A stretch of DNA of 64,000 nucleotides, taken from Eukaryota sp. TZLM1-RC (lineage: Eukaryota > Protista > Metamonada: BaSk clade). The translations under genes were made by a program, and so were the position numbers. This document shows, one piece after another, positions 25,355-37,290 of the stretch. Location of the stretch: assembly GCA_040285825.1 (NCBI GenBank), contig JAUPSS010000007.1, positions 2,144,689 through 2,208,688 of the forward strand, in the 5' to 3' direction. Position 1 is the stretch's first letter, and each line of letters starts with the position of its first letter. The notes below the pieces were generated by a model. It was not told where the DNA came from. It was given only the letters and a program-made list of their open reading frames with translations, and ran no database searches.

Positions 25355-26325
25355 TTTGAATAGAGTAAAATCAAAACAAAAGTTCGCATCAAGAATAGCT
25401 AAAACTTCGCAATTATTCGCAGTTATTGAAGATGACTGAATCCATGCACTTCATTTGAAATACTTTCTGTGTTCAAGAAAGGAGAAAGAAGTCAAAAAGA
25501 CTGTCGATTTGTACATTCTAATGATGGAAACTCTCTCAAATGGAAAAGTTGTTGTGATTAGTTGTGAAATTGCTTAACTGATTTCACTTCAAAAAAAATT
25601 CACTTCAGTGATGAAGATTTTATCACAATCAAATTCAATCAAAAATGAAGGAGCAAGATCGTTAAATTTTCAAAGGCAAAAAAATGGAATGTAAGGGTTA
25701 TTTAGCTATTGATTCAGTAATTGCTGAAGAATATAATGACACAGTTGATTACCCAACCAGAGGGAAGTGGAGAAACTACATTAAGACACACCATACATTT
25801 CAAATTGAAAGAGGTCTCTACTCAACAATTATCCACCAAAAGATTGTGTGAGATGAAATTCTCGACACCCAGTGATAAGTTTGGCTTGATTTAGCTCGAT
25901 TGAAGTTCGATTTATGCTCTCATGTAGCCGGAGAGCCTTTGTTCTGAAAGTTTGAAATGTGCGGCGAACGTAAAAACGATAGCTGAATGTTGCTCTAACA
26001 GTAGTGTCTGAAGGTCTTGATTAGAAACAGAAATATCAAGCATTATCATAAATTAAAACAAAAATAGCTTTAAGTTCTGCAACTTTTACAAACTTGTAGA
26101 TACATAAGACTTCATCAAATACTACCACGACTGATTCCTAAAAACCAATGTAGAAATTTATTACTATTTAAGAACGATTTAAGTTTAATGAGTTCTAAAT
26201 AAATCCAAATATCTTCCACTAATTGTGTTGGTTGAAAGTCAAAGAAAAAACTGAGAATATTCTCCCAAAATAAGAAAAGTGAATGTTGAATTTTATTGTT
26301 ATTTTATCAGTAAAATTGAACTTAC

Positions 26326-27573
26326 TTACTTGTTCTTAAGTCTGATTCTGGTTAACAATCGTTTCAAATTGTTTCTGCAAATACATCTATGTTTACAAGC
26401 GCAATTAAAATCATTTTTACTGGTTTTAATACGTAAATGAGGTTTAAATACTTCCAAGTTGTTGAGTTTTTGTTTGAAATCATGTGAGCAAAAATCCACT
26501 AGTAAAATTGAACGCAATTCTAAATATTTAAGAAATTTACAATTATTATTAATTGAATTGATTAAATTTGGAGAAATAGTTAGGTTTGATAAATGAAAAG
26601 AGAGTACAGTAGAGTAATCAATTATTAATGATTGATAATCAAAAGTGCCAGAAATAGACAGACTTTCCCTAACAATAATAGACTCTTTTGGATTAATTAC
26701 CACATTCGAACCCACAAACTTGAGTGAATCAATAATAAATGGAGCTGAAGGACCAGTCATAAGACAATCAAGAGGCAAAAACAAACAAAGAGAACATATA
26801 GAATAAAATCTGTTTAAATCATCAAAATTAAAGACTGTAAAGGCTGTTGAAATTGATAATTTTTTAATAGTATTTGGTACTAGAGAAAAGTCTTCAACAT
26901 GACCATTAAAAGTTACCAAACTTAGATGATTTAAATCACAAATAGAATTTACTGACAAGGTTAAATGATTCAAATTTTGAAAAATGGACAGTTTCTCAAT
27001 CAAGGAAGAATTCACTTTACCATGAAGAGAAAGAGTAGAAACGCTAGGAGAGGAAAGCGAATCAAAATCAGAAAGATTTGATTGATCTGAACCAATCAAA
27101 AGTAAGTGAGAATGGTGAGGAAGGGGGTAAAAAGGAAGGTTTTGCAGACTTAAACAAACTTTTGAAGTCCATTCAAGAGTGGAGGGATTTTGGGTGTCTG
27201 TAACCACATCCTGAATAATTGTATGTTCAAAGGCGTTGGAAAACAAAGAGTTGAGCAAAGTTCCAAAGTCTAGATCTGGTACATTGGTAACATTTACCAG
27301 TGAGTCTAGGTGTAAAAAAAGAGGAGGTAGCTTTTGATAAAATCGAATGTAATGTACAAAGGGAAGGATTGATAATTGGGATATTCTCGATAGGTGAAGG
27401 GAACAGAACTGTTGAATTCGTTGGCTAATGCAGAACAGTCTACTTAAGGACAAAATTGATGAGTTACTGAGCACAAGATGTTTCAAAACATTGGTGAGAT
27501 GTTTAATCATCCGTTTATAGCAAATGGAACAACAATAGTTGTCACAATTAGACTTTCCCTTTCCCTTTCCCAA
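26326..27573 (-). CDS. Leucine-rich-repeat-like hypothetical protein; 5' end abuts a CRE fragment
   Basis: 415-codon open frame with LxxLxL repeats (LNHLTLS, IKKLSIS, LKYLELR). No ATG until codon 24. Confidence 0.55.
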   Translation of the reverse strand: MGKGKGKSNCDNYCCSICYKRMIKHLTNVLKHLVLSNSSILSLSRLFCISQRIQQFCSLHLSRISQLSILPFVHYIRFYQKLPPLFLHLDSLVNVTNVPDLDFGTLLNSLFSNAFEHTIIQDVVTDTQNPSTLEWTSKVCLSLQNLPFYPLPHHSHLLLIGSDQSNLSDFDSLSSPSVSTLSLHGKVNSSLIEKLSIFQNLNHLTLSVNSICDLNHLSLVTFNGHVEDFSLVPNTIKKLSISTAFTVFNFDDLNRFYSICSLCLFLPLDCLMTGPSAPFIIDSLKFVGSNVVINPKESIIVRESLSISGTFDYQSLIIDYSTVLSFHLSNLTISPNLINSINNNCKFLKYLELRSILLVDFCSHDFKQKLNNLEVFKPHLRIKTSKNDFNCACKHRCICRNNLKRLLTRIRLKNK

Positions 27574-27594
27574 ATTTCTCCTTTACATATCTAA

Positions 27595-29390
27595 AGAGGT
27601 ATAAACTACCTCTATCATCAGAACTGAAATTATTTAACGACAGTGCTTCTTTAAGAAAACGCTCCTTAATACCTGAGATTTTGGTATATTTTGCCATAAT
27701 TAAAACATTGTGCCTGATAGCATCATATAATGATGAGCGATAAGTTATCACTTTGAAACAATCTAAAGCATGATGTAAGGTGAGCTGCGATGAATTAGAA
27801 GAAATACATGTTTTTTGATAGAACTTGGCCAATGGGATTATTCAGTTATTGTTAGATGTTGGATAACATCAAATCACGTGCGATGACGTGGCAATAGTTC
27901 GAATTTAGTTTTTGTTAATATATAAAGCTTTTCATTTAATCACTGCAGTAAAAGCTCAGTATAACGCCATTGTTCCTGACCCTGTGCCAGTTTCTGTACC
28001 GTCAATGTTCTTGTTCCTTTCTTTAATAAAGCCATGCGATGCATCCTAATGAGCGTCTTTGAATCTGTCTGTTTGATTGGAGGAAGATGTAAGAATGTTG
28101 TTCACGCAAATTTAAAGTGCATCAGTCTGTCACTGATAGCACTAAAGTGGTTTTTTGAGGCTCTCAATATATCCCCTTATTATGAAGTCCTTATATTTGT
28201 ATGGACCTATGGTGAAGACTTCTGATAGTGTGTTACTCAATTATCTGGAATTGCTGAACAATTTGCCCTCTTATGAAGCTTTCAACGAGACGGTCTGTCG
28301 GTTGAAAATGAACCTAAAAATTCTTTTAGTGCTGAAGAAGGAATAAACGACCACTTAGATCCTTTTTGAGGGTGAAAGAAAAGGCTAAATGTCTCGTCAC
28401 TTCTAATGCTGTGTTGATGAAACAATTTGTCGTTGGTAATGCTTCCAAAGGACTTGTTGAATTCCTTGTCTCCTGTATCAATGACCAATAGTTTTCTGAT
28501 TTCAAAACCATTGTGCAAATTGCTACAAACAAACTTGTTGATTATGGTAGATCCAAACTTTTATCAAAATCTATATGACTTACAAATACCAGTTCAGCTG
28601 CGAGAGATACAGGTATTGCTGCCAAAACTTGCATAAACTTGCATTTAGATGTCAGAAGCCAATTTATACTGCTGCTCATTGCCCTCTCCGCAAAGATAAT
28701 GTCCAAAATTACAATGCCAAAAGATGCGCTAATGTACACAATATTATAGAACTAGAACAGATGAACGCTGTTCCTTGAACTGCTATTGACGCAGTTGTCA
28801 GAAGCTGTTCTGACTTATGCCTCGAAGACGTGCTGAATGTTTACGATAGTGTTTATCCGAATGAAGAGCCGTATGAAGTTATACACAATCCCTTAAGGGG
28901 GATTTTGCCATCACTGAAGAAGAGAAGCCAAAAAAGGTGCCAGAAGTTGGGTAACATCAAATCACGTGTGATGACGTGGAAATAGTTCAAATTTAGCTTT
29001 TGTTAATCAATAAAGCTTTTCCTTTGGTCATTGCAGTGGAACCAAACAAAATCAATTCATATTTGTTATAGAAACTTTATTATAGGCACATAGCCCAAAC
29101 CTTCGTGGCACTATGGTGACAATTAGTGAAGAATCTTGTGACTTAATTTCGCATACACCATTTTTTAATAACAATGAATGCAGATCTTGATCTAAAACAG
29201 CCAAGTTGCACATATTTTTAAAAAAGTTCATCTTCATACGTTTTGGTACATTCCTTATGTAATGGTTGACGCGTGTATTCATAATTCAAATAATTGTGTA
29301 TTCAAATAATTTTTTCAAGAATACTGCCGTTGAATGAATGAGGAAAACATCGATTCCATTTTTCAATATCAATTTTCAAAATTTCTTCAC
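27595..29390 (-). mobile_element. Decayed CRE family A fragment interrupted by a small LTR element
   Basis: TIVPRRFGLCAY (29052-29280) continues as CISSNSSQLTLHHALDC..DDRG (27600-27845), collinear with 2500-2900. Confidence 0.8.
27850..29048 (+). mobile_element. Non-autonomous gag-only LTR retroelement, decayed
   Basis: Diverged ~105-bp direct repeats start with TG at 27850 and 28938. A purine tract precedes the second. The interior encodes broken Gag-like text with a degenerate knuckle (FRCQKPIYTAAHCP). No pol is seen. Confidence 0.68.
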
Positions 29391-30014
29391 ATATAGTCTA
29401 AGTGTATTTACGAGTCTTAACTTTCATGTCCTAACCAACATGTTGGCTGCAACATTCACTGCACACAAAAAAATCTCAAAATAACTTCGGAGTTACCTAC
29501 CAATACGATCATTAACAATATAAAGTGAGGTATCAGATTCAAAAATATTCATGATGGGGGTTTTCCTCGGCAAAGATTTCTTTACACAAAAGATTCTTGT
29601 TTTGCATTATCGATTAAAAACGTGACTCTAACAGTTTTGGTCAATGAGAAGAAAGAGTGTTTTGTTTTGAGTGGTTGAGAGGATGTAGTTGAGCTCTGAA
29701 GAACTTGCAGATATGCAGTTTTCCTTCTTATATTTTGTTCAATATGGGTGCACATTATAGTATAATTTACTCAAAGTGTAAGAAAACATAACACACACCC
29801 TGTTGTAACCTCAATGAGAGAACATCTTGGTCTACAACACCCAAACAACATACTTTTATACATTGAATTGTTATGGGCCTAAAAAGAAGCATTTCAGTAC
29901 AGAAAGTTTCAATAGGATTATTTTCGGGAAACCGTGTTTTGTGAAAGTTGATTCATAAACGCCCAACAAACAGAATTTTTTCATTTTTGCATCCATCATC
30001 TTTTCAATTTGCAG

Positions 30015-31274
30015 ATGACTCATCGCAATGGATTCTTGTGTTTAGCTGGTGGTGCTTCTGCCAGGTTTTTTCCATGTAACAAAGTTTTCACTAGACTTGT
30101 TGATCCCAAGAGATCTATGATTCAACAAACTGTTGATCGTCTTGTTTCAGATACTCATAACGAACCTCCTCTTTGTTCTCCTGATGATTTTTTTCTAATA
30201 ACTGGTCCTTCTTTCGCAGATCGAATGAAATCAGAGTTGTCAGAAGTACCTTCTGGCAACATTCTCGTTGAACCTGCCCGTAGAAACACTCTACCTGCTA
30301 TACTCTGGGCCCTGTCTCAAATGAGGTCCAAGGGATTTGATCCGTCTTCTCTTATCACAGTAGTTACTGCTGATCACGTTATCCCAGACGTCAATAACTT
30401 TCGGCAATGCCTCTCAACTGCTGGTAAGGTAGCTTCCTCTTCTTTTTCCATTGTTACCATTGGTATTACTCCTTCTTCCGATCCTTGTGAATGGACTTCT
30501 TTCGGAACAATGAAAACAAAGAAAGCAACCAAACCTGCTTCATTATTGGCTCGTTTTGAGGAAAAACCCACAGTAGAGAGAGCCAACGAAATGGTTAACC
30601 AGGGTGGATGGTTTTGGAATTCAGGAATGTTTTTATTTACGATTGCCACTTTGGAATCTCTACTTCAGTCACTTCAGCCTTCAATTTATGAAGTTTATGC
30701 ATCCTTAGTAGATGCTCATGCCAAGGGTAATGATACCAAGGCCAGAGAACTTTTCAGTTGTTTTCCATCCAAAATCCAACACCCTCTTGTTCATGACTCT
30801 TTAGCTGATTGTTCTATAGATTATGCGTTAATGGTACCCCTCACCATGGAGGAGCATTTGATTGATGTCCAAGGACAAGTTGTCGAGGGTAGCTTTGATT
30901 GGATTGACATTGGCAGTTGGTCGGCTTTGAGAGGTGTGATCCAGCCAGATGATGAAAATAATATTGTTTTAGGGAAATGTGTTGTTGAAGATTGTAAAAA
31001 CTGTGTGATTGTTGCTGAAGAACCTTTTGTTATAAAGTGTACAGATCTTGATGGTTTGGTTGTTGTTGTAAATAGTAACGGTAGTGGTTTAGTTTGTCCA
31101 GAGAATAGGTCAGCAGAAGTCAAGAGAATAGCTGGATTGAGAGCTATGCAAGAGGAAGGTGTGGTGGAGTTTGACGTAAAAGATTGTGATGTGATAGGGA
31201 AAGTTGCCTTGTTTGGAGTTTCTGGATTGAAAATTTGTCTTGAAAATGAGGATTTTATTGTGCATAAACGTTAG
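30015..31274 (+). CDS. manC: Mannose-1-phosphate guanylyltransferase, bacterial ManC type
   Basis: LAGGxxxRFFP, SMIQQTVDRL, ILVEPARRNTLPAI, TADH, IVTIGITP, FEEKP, WNSGMFLF, SIDYALM, FDWIDIGSW, and a C-terminal beta-helix. ATG at 30015. Confidence 0.92.
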   Translation: MTHRNGFLCLAGGASARFFPCNKVFTRLVDPKRSMIQQTVDRLVSDTHNEPPLCSPDDFFLITGPSFADRMKSELSEVPSGNILVEPARRNTLPAILWALSQMRSKGFDPSSLITVVTADHVIPDVNNFRQCLSTAGKVASSSFSIVTIGITPSSDPCEWTSFGTMKTKKATKPASLLARFEEKPTVERANEMVNQGGWFWNSGMFLFTIATLESLLQSLQPSIYEVYASLVDAHAKGNDTKARELFSCFPSKIQHPLVHDSLADCSIDYALMVPLTMEEHLIDVQGQVVEGSFDWIDIGSWSALRGVIQPDDENNIVLGKCVVEDCKNCVIVAEEPFVIKCTDLDGLVVVVNSNGSGLVCPENRSAEVKRIAGLRAMQEEGVVEFDVKDCDVIGKVALFGVSGLKICLENEDFIVHKR

Positions 31275-31459
31275 TAGTTGCTCTTGTTTTTGTGAAGTAA
31301 TTTTCTTTGTTATTTCAATTTCAAGATATTTCATCTTTGAATATTTTCTTTAATTATAGATGTATGGTAACAATTCCCAAATGAAAACAAACCCCAACAG
31401 AGTAAATCAAGTTGCGTAAAGTCAAAATGTACAGATAATACAAGCAAAACTAGAAAATA

Positions 31460-31870
31460 CTAGTGCAACAACTCTCGTTCAACAAAGTCTAACAATTCTT
31501 GAGTAGTCTTCCTAGGTGGAAGAGTTAGTCCCTTATCGTGACAAAGCTTTTCCAAAAAGGTGTGAACTCGAGTGGTAAAGCAGGCAACTGTATCTACCCC
31601 TGCCTCCAGTTCACTCACTTCTTCTGTTAAATCGAGAACCTTACCAGCTAAAAGACTGTTTTCCTGATTCAATACAGTTCTTTCGTAGGTAAGTTGTTTA
31701 ACCTTGGCTTCAGACTCTGCTAGCTGGTGTTGGACTGTGTCAAGCTCTGTAAGCAACGTTTGAGAAAGTTCCTCTAAAAAATCATCTGATGACTGCTCTC
31801 TTGGGAGATCAGAAATGTCTACATTTTGCTGTGATCTTGAATTTAGGGAAACATCCATCTCTACATTCAT
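31460..31870 (-). CDS. Small coiled-coil hypothetical protein (may have upstream exons)
   Basis: 136-aa ORF with a heptad-rich central region. Confidence 0.55.
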   Translation of the reverse strand: MNVEMDVSLNSRSQQNVDISDLPREQSSDDFLEELSQTLLTELDTVQHQLAESEAKVKQLTYERTVLNQENSLLAGKVLDLTEEVSELEAGVDTVACFTTRVHTFLEKLCHDKGLTLPPRKTTQELLDFVERELLH

Positions 31871-32299
31871 TCTTTTGGCCTTTGACTATTTGATGAAGAG
31901 GGATTGATTTTGGGGGATTTTTGCTGGTTGAATTTTAGGTTGAATACCCTTTTCTTTTTCCTTCCCTACCTAATCCCCTTTTTGTGTTCCTGACTCAATC
32001 AGATGCTGCTCTCATTCCATTAACTCTTGATAGTATCTACTTTTGCTGACATTTTTCAATTTGTACCACTTTGTGTCACACTTAACTATATCTGATGGTC
32101 TTTGCTCGTTAATGTTAGACATACAGTAGAAAAGTAATGAAATTTATTACGAAGAGGAATTGTATTCTCTCTTCTTAAACTAATAGGCGGAATACTAATA
32201 AACTAGACAAATAAACTATAAATACTATTCAAGACTAACATATCTCGCTAGCTTAAACACTTTTTCTACAAAGATTAGTCAACGATTCGGCCTACCTTG

Positions 32300-34220
32300 A
32301 TAAAATGGTCTCATCGGACCTGTTTAAATGTAAAGACAATCTTCATCTCAACTATGAAGCATCACTTTATAGATGTTCGTTCGAGGAGCTCGTATCAGAT
32401 TTTGTTATAGAATAAAATGTTTATTAATTTTTTGAGTGCTAAAAATGTACACGTGGGTCAGCTGAACAACATGATATCTACATTAGCTGTTTTGTTTGTT
32501 GACATGGGGTACAAATAGAATCATTGGGTACACAAAAGCAAACTCAACGAAGAACTCCCGTTCATAACTCATCATAATCATAATGAAAACTTGAGCTTCA
32601 AACCAAGAAGTTCAGAAAAGTTGAAAGTGTCCCAAACATCAGGATAAACAGTGAAAATTGTTCCCATACCTGAATTTTCTGAAAAATCAACTCAACAAAG
32701 AACAAATCATCCAATGGATTTTCACTCGTTTTTGTGCACTTAACACGCTACTGATCCCTGTAGCAGTGCAACATATTCGGGCTGACCTTCCTTTGGTCGC
32801 CGAGATTTGTCATGAAGCTTCTTTATTGTTTCAATCTTCTGTTGAATTTGCCGTTGGGAGCTAGAATTCAAGTGGAACAGGATGTATGGTTTCTTTTCAT
32901 GACCGTCATCACCACTGGTTCTTTTCCAAACCCATCCACCTCTAAAGGACAACGCCAATTACTACATATCTTTTACAATGGAATGCTTCCTGAATGCCCA
33001 CAGGACAAGCCTCTTGTTTCTACATGAAGAAATTCTTTAGTTCTTCATGGAAATTCATTCAATATTTTCCTCAATGATTGGCTGCAGTCACAGACATGTA
33101 ATTTCATTAATAGAAAAGTACTTTCTCCTTACCTTGCCTGTTGGGCTCGTCAATTGACATCTTATGTTAACACAAGTTTACCTAAATTTGTGTTACATGC
33201 AACTGACCTGGCCATACCAATGACCATTCAACCAATCATACCGATGACTACTCAAAGGACCATAGTACGGACTCTAACACCGCAACTGTTATTTTAACTA
33301 TCCCAAAAAGGACTTTAAAGATTTGACCAATGATTGTAAAAAAACAACCAATATGGTCAAAATACGAAACTAGGAACAAATTGGAACAGTGTTCATAGGG
33401 TCAAACCTTTCTTTCTTTCAGTGGTCTATCGCGACAAAAGGAGTTACTCAAGCCATAATCCGCCCATAGCAACATAAGAGGCAATTGTGGTGATGACGAT
33501 GTTTTCTTTACCAGTGTATAGAGCGAGGGAGCAGATGTTGGTCAAGGCGTTTTTGATGCGTTCAAATGCTACTTGATGGGTGCTATTCCAGGCATGAGTC
33601 TTTTTTGGTGTCAGAATGCCCATGTCGTTGGACAAACTTGGATAAAATCGCGAAAGTAGTTAACTCCTGCAATAAAGGAACTCAATGACTACAAGTCATG
33701 AGAAAATGGACCACACAGATGACTTTTGAGGTTACGAAGATCAATTGAACCAAAAGAAATTTTGATAAACTGAACAAACAAAAGTAATTTTTTGGGCCGA
33801 AAAACAATTTTAGTCTTTGGGGCATAGAGACGAACACGGTGGTTTTTGGCACAACGTTGTACATCAATTATGCCTTCTGTTAATGATTCGAAAATTGGTG
33901 CCGAAACAACGATGTGATCAATGCAAACAAAAACAAGGTATGTAGAACCATTCTCAGGAGTAAGTATATTGGACACGAGATTCTGAAAAATACTTGGTAT
34001 GTTTTTGGAGCCAATAAACTCACATTTGAATTCAATGGCGTTTCTTATAATCCCAAAAGCAACTTTCGGCATATCTTCCTCGATGAAAACAACTTGGTAA
34101 AAATTACGTGGTAGGTCGAATTTGGCAATAAATAATGCAGTTCCTAGAGTTTGTCCGACATCAGAAACTAGGGAAAAGTGAGCAATATATGGCTTTAGTG
34201 TTGGTGTTAGTTTCGTCAAC
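32300..34220 (-). mobile_element. Highly decayed Ty3/Gypsy relic (RT-RH-IN)
   Basis: FIAKFDLPRNFYQ, KNIPSIFQN, VCIDHIVV, QVAFERIK, IASYVAMGG and ATKGRSA(NG.VER-like) remnants with many stops. Confidence 0.75.
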
Positions 34221-34404
34221 GCCGGAATGATTGCCTTTCAAGCTGCGTTTTTTTCTTTTTTCAAAATTCAAATTCGGAGATTGGTGGATACTAGTGGATT
34301 TCCAAGCCAAGCCTGTTTGGATGCTTTCTTTCATCAAATTTCTAGCAATTTTGAAACAATGAGAGTTCAGAGGTCGAAACTTTTTGAAGACGCGAACAGC
34401 TTCA

Positions 34405-35490
34405 TCTTTTGATACTAATTGATTTATGGGGATATTTAAATATAATCTCATTTTTGTTACAAACGCTTCATAAGTGGCACAAAGTCCAAATCTTCGTGGT
34501 ACAATAGTTACAAACAGTGAAGAATCTGATAACTGGTTTTCACAAACGCCCTTTTTCAATAACAATGAGTGAAGATCTTGACCTCCAAACGGACGAGCTG
34601 CATATATCATAACAAAGATCATTTTCATACATTCCAGTCAATCGTTTGTACACCAATAAAAGCACATGAAGTAAGAATAGAAGCATTTGTGCAACCCAAA
34701 CCGGCATAATGTGGACTAAGATCAGCATGATTTGGATTTCGGAACATTTTACATCCCAATAATTGTGACAAAACTTTTGCGCGTAATTCATTAAACTTCT
34801 GGGCCAAAGGCATAGTGATGAGAGATTTTGTAGATCGAAATATATGATTAAAGTTGAAACTAAAACACAGTTTTATAATGGTAAATTTGATATGTTTTTG
34901 TAAATCAAATGTCATCTTTCGGTCAATTTTTCGGAAATTGAGTTCAATCTTTTAAACAACTCTTTGGTAATTTCATCATTATTTCCTCAAAAGGAACCCA
35001 AATGACGAATGGCGTCAATTGGATATAATTTGGCTTGAATCTCAATACCATTAACTATTGTAGAAACTGGAGCATTTGAAAGTAAAACACATTTCAGTAA
35101 ATTAAGTTGGAGGCCAATTTTGTTAAATATTGCCTTGAAACATACAGTTGCATCTCTGGCAATCTTTAAATCACCTATAAAAACAACAACATCCATATAT
35201 GCAATCATTTTTAGTGAAGGAAACATCTCTTGAATTTGCAGTAAAATAGGATGAATGGCCAAACAAAACAAAAGAGCTCCTAAAGGATCTCCTTGATTTA
35301 CACACCTTGATGATTTCAAAATAGAATTACCAAAATGCAAATTAGCATTTGTGCTATATGTTGATTGGAAGTTAGGCATTAATTCCGGTGAATATTGTAA
35401 CAAAGCACCATGAATACTGCAACGACTGATTGAATTGAATACATTGCTGAAATCCAACAAAATACAAACATTGGACTCATTTTGACGAAT
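34405..35490 (-). mobile_element. Internal CRE family A fragment (RT to thumb), decayed
   Basis: LDFSNVFN, QGDPLGALLFCLAIHP, YMDV and TIVPRRFGLCAT, collinear with 1400-2690. Confidence 0.9.
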
Positions 35491-36717
35491 AATTTGAAAT
35501 TAAATTATGAAAAACATATTAATCGATTTATTAATGTTTATTTTGACAAACCAGATGCGGAAAATGTGTTAGCAAAAATGCACAAACTAGGTGGGTACGC
35601 AACGCCATTGTTTACTATAATTTTATTAAAGAGATTTAGACTTCGACAATTCAAAAACATGTTTTAGTTGACGATAGAGATTACTTGAATCCTTTAAGAG
35701 TTGCACCTGAAAATTTTTTAGACCTTTTTGGTGATGAGTTTTCAAATTTGTGTCAACATCATGATATTAGAAACAATGAAGGTAACGAAATCTTTTATGG
35801 TCTTATAACACCCTTTACTTGTCAAATTGAAAATTTAGCCACGGATGAAAGTCTGGTTGACAATATATGTCCAGTGGATGTACATTTTCTTACAGATGCT
35901 GTTGAGAAAGATCTTCAGATATTCTTAAAACCATCAATTACGATTGCTCAACATATTGCCAGTCGAGAGGGGAAACCTTATCAAATGACCTCTGTATCAA
36001 CCAACGTAGGTACGGGATATTTTCCAATTGACACAAGAACAATATGGACAATTATAAGACAAAGAATTACAATTATTAGAACAATTATTAGAGTCTAATG
36101 AAATGACAATCGAAGATGCAAACACCGAATCATCTGCGTTTGCAGCCAATTCAGCAACTTTTATAGATTTTTCCAACTTTGTGGTTGCCAAACTTCGGCA
36201 AGTTTTTTGACAATTGACTTTTACAGTCTTGACTTGTGGAGCACTCATAAAATGCAAGCTTTTATTCACAATTCAAAAGACTGTAAGTTGATTGTTAAAA
36301 AGCCTTGTTCAGAATTCTGGCAACTCAAAAGACAGTTCAATAGTAATGGGTAATTATGGTAAAAAAGGTTCCAACAAGTTGAAACATCAAAGACCTACTC
36401 GAGGCATTTGATGGATTCAATTTCTGAACAGCAATGGTTTTAAAGTGTTGATGATTAATGAAGCTTTCACTTCAGCAAAATGTCCTGTTTGTTGAAAAGG
36501 TTGCTACGTTTTTGAGAGTAACAAATTCCAGTTGCTAGAGAAAAGAAAAAACTCATGTCTGTCATGGTTAGCTTGTAACAGTAACAGTTGCAAATTCAGC
36601 AACAAAGGCTCAACAAAGCTTTTCAATAAAAATAGGCTGGCTTGTTTGAATATGTATGCAAGTGCTAAAACCAGAATGAGTGCCAATTAAAAGCCTCAGT
36701 ATCTGTGTAGTAGATAG
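35488..36717 (+). pseudogene. Fanzor1 (TnpB/Cas12-related RNA-guided nuclease) pseudogene, copy 1
   Basis: Ordered Fanzor1-type motifs: NNLKLNYEKHINRFINVYF; FLKP..EGKPY..YFPIDT; F..FV.AK..FY..HKMQAFI; IVMGNYG..KHQRPTRG; GFKVLMINEAFTSAKCPVC (RuvC-II plus Zn finger); CHG.LAC..C; KLFNKNRLACLNM; PQYLCSR*. The RuvC-I segment is missing, and there are stops and frameshifts. Confidence 0.85.
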
Positions 36718-36766
36718 TTTTTGTTATTATTCTGCACGAAAATTGTGTACTTATGGGAATTTCCCA
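36690..36766 (+). ncRNA. Candidate Fanzor omegaRNA scaffold / element right end, copy 1
   Basis: Non-coding sequence after the stop is conserved with copy 2 up to TGGGAATTTCCCA, then diverges. Two hairpins: TGCACGA-AAA-TTGTGTA and TGGGA-ATT-TCCCA. The 5' limit is unknown. Confidence 0.5.
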
Positions 36767-37290
36767 CCAATTTCTTGTTTCGTTAAATAGCGGAAACGGA
36801 GGAAGAGGAGATGGGTGAGCAGAGAACGGAGAAGGAGTGGACGGAAGCACTTCGGAAAGAGGCTGTTCATTGGAAATCTCAACTGGCGAGTCACCATAAA
36901 CAAAAGAGAAGGGGAAGGGAAGGAATACTGGATAGGTGGGGAAACTGAGCATACATGTTCTGGGTTGGAATTTTTGCCGGGGATTGAGATGAACTGAGGA
37001 TTTCCTTGACTTCGGTTGGAGTGGACTCTGGTGGTGGTGCAGTGCCTACAGCGTCGAAGGAGGAAAATAGAGTAAGCAGAAGAGGTTCAGATGGTGACTT
37101 TTTCAACGAATAGGTTGAAATGAAATCATTTTTGGAAAAAATGTCCTGTAGAGCGGCTTCAGCTTCGAAAATTGAAGCACTATGTCGGAAATCATAGAAA
37201 GAAAGCCATTTGGACACAAGATGTCGAACACAATCTTCTGTAATAGAAGGTGGTTTGTTCTTTGTCCAAAAGGCGATACACCTCCTGTTG
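36767..37290 (-). pseudogene. Disrupted LisH-domain (FOP/CEP20/OFD1-like) gene
   Basis: EVYRLLDKE and VRHLVSKWLSFYDFRHSASIFEAEA..SEPLLLTL lie in different frames. No normal start. The 3' end runs into the Fanzor end. Confidence 0.55.
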
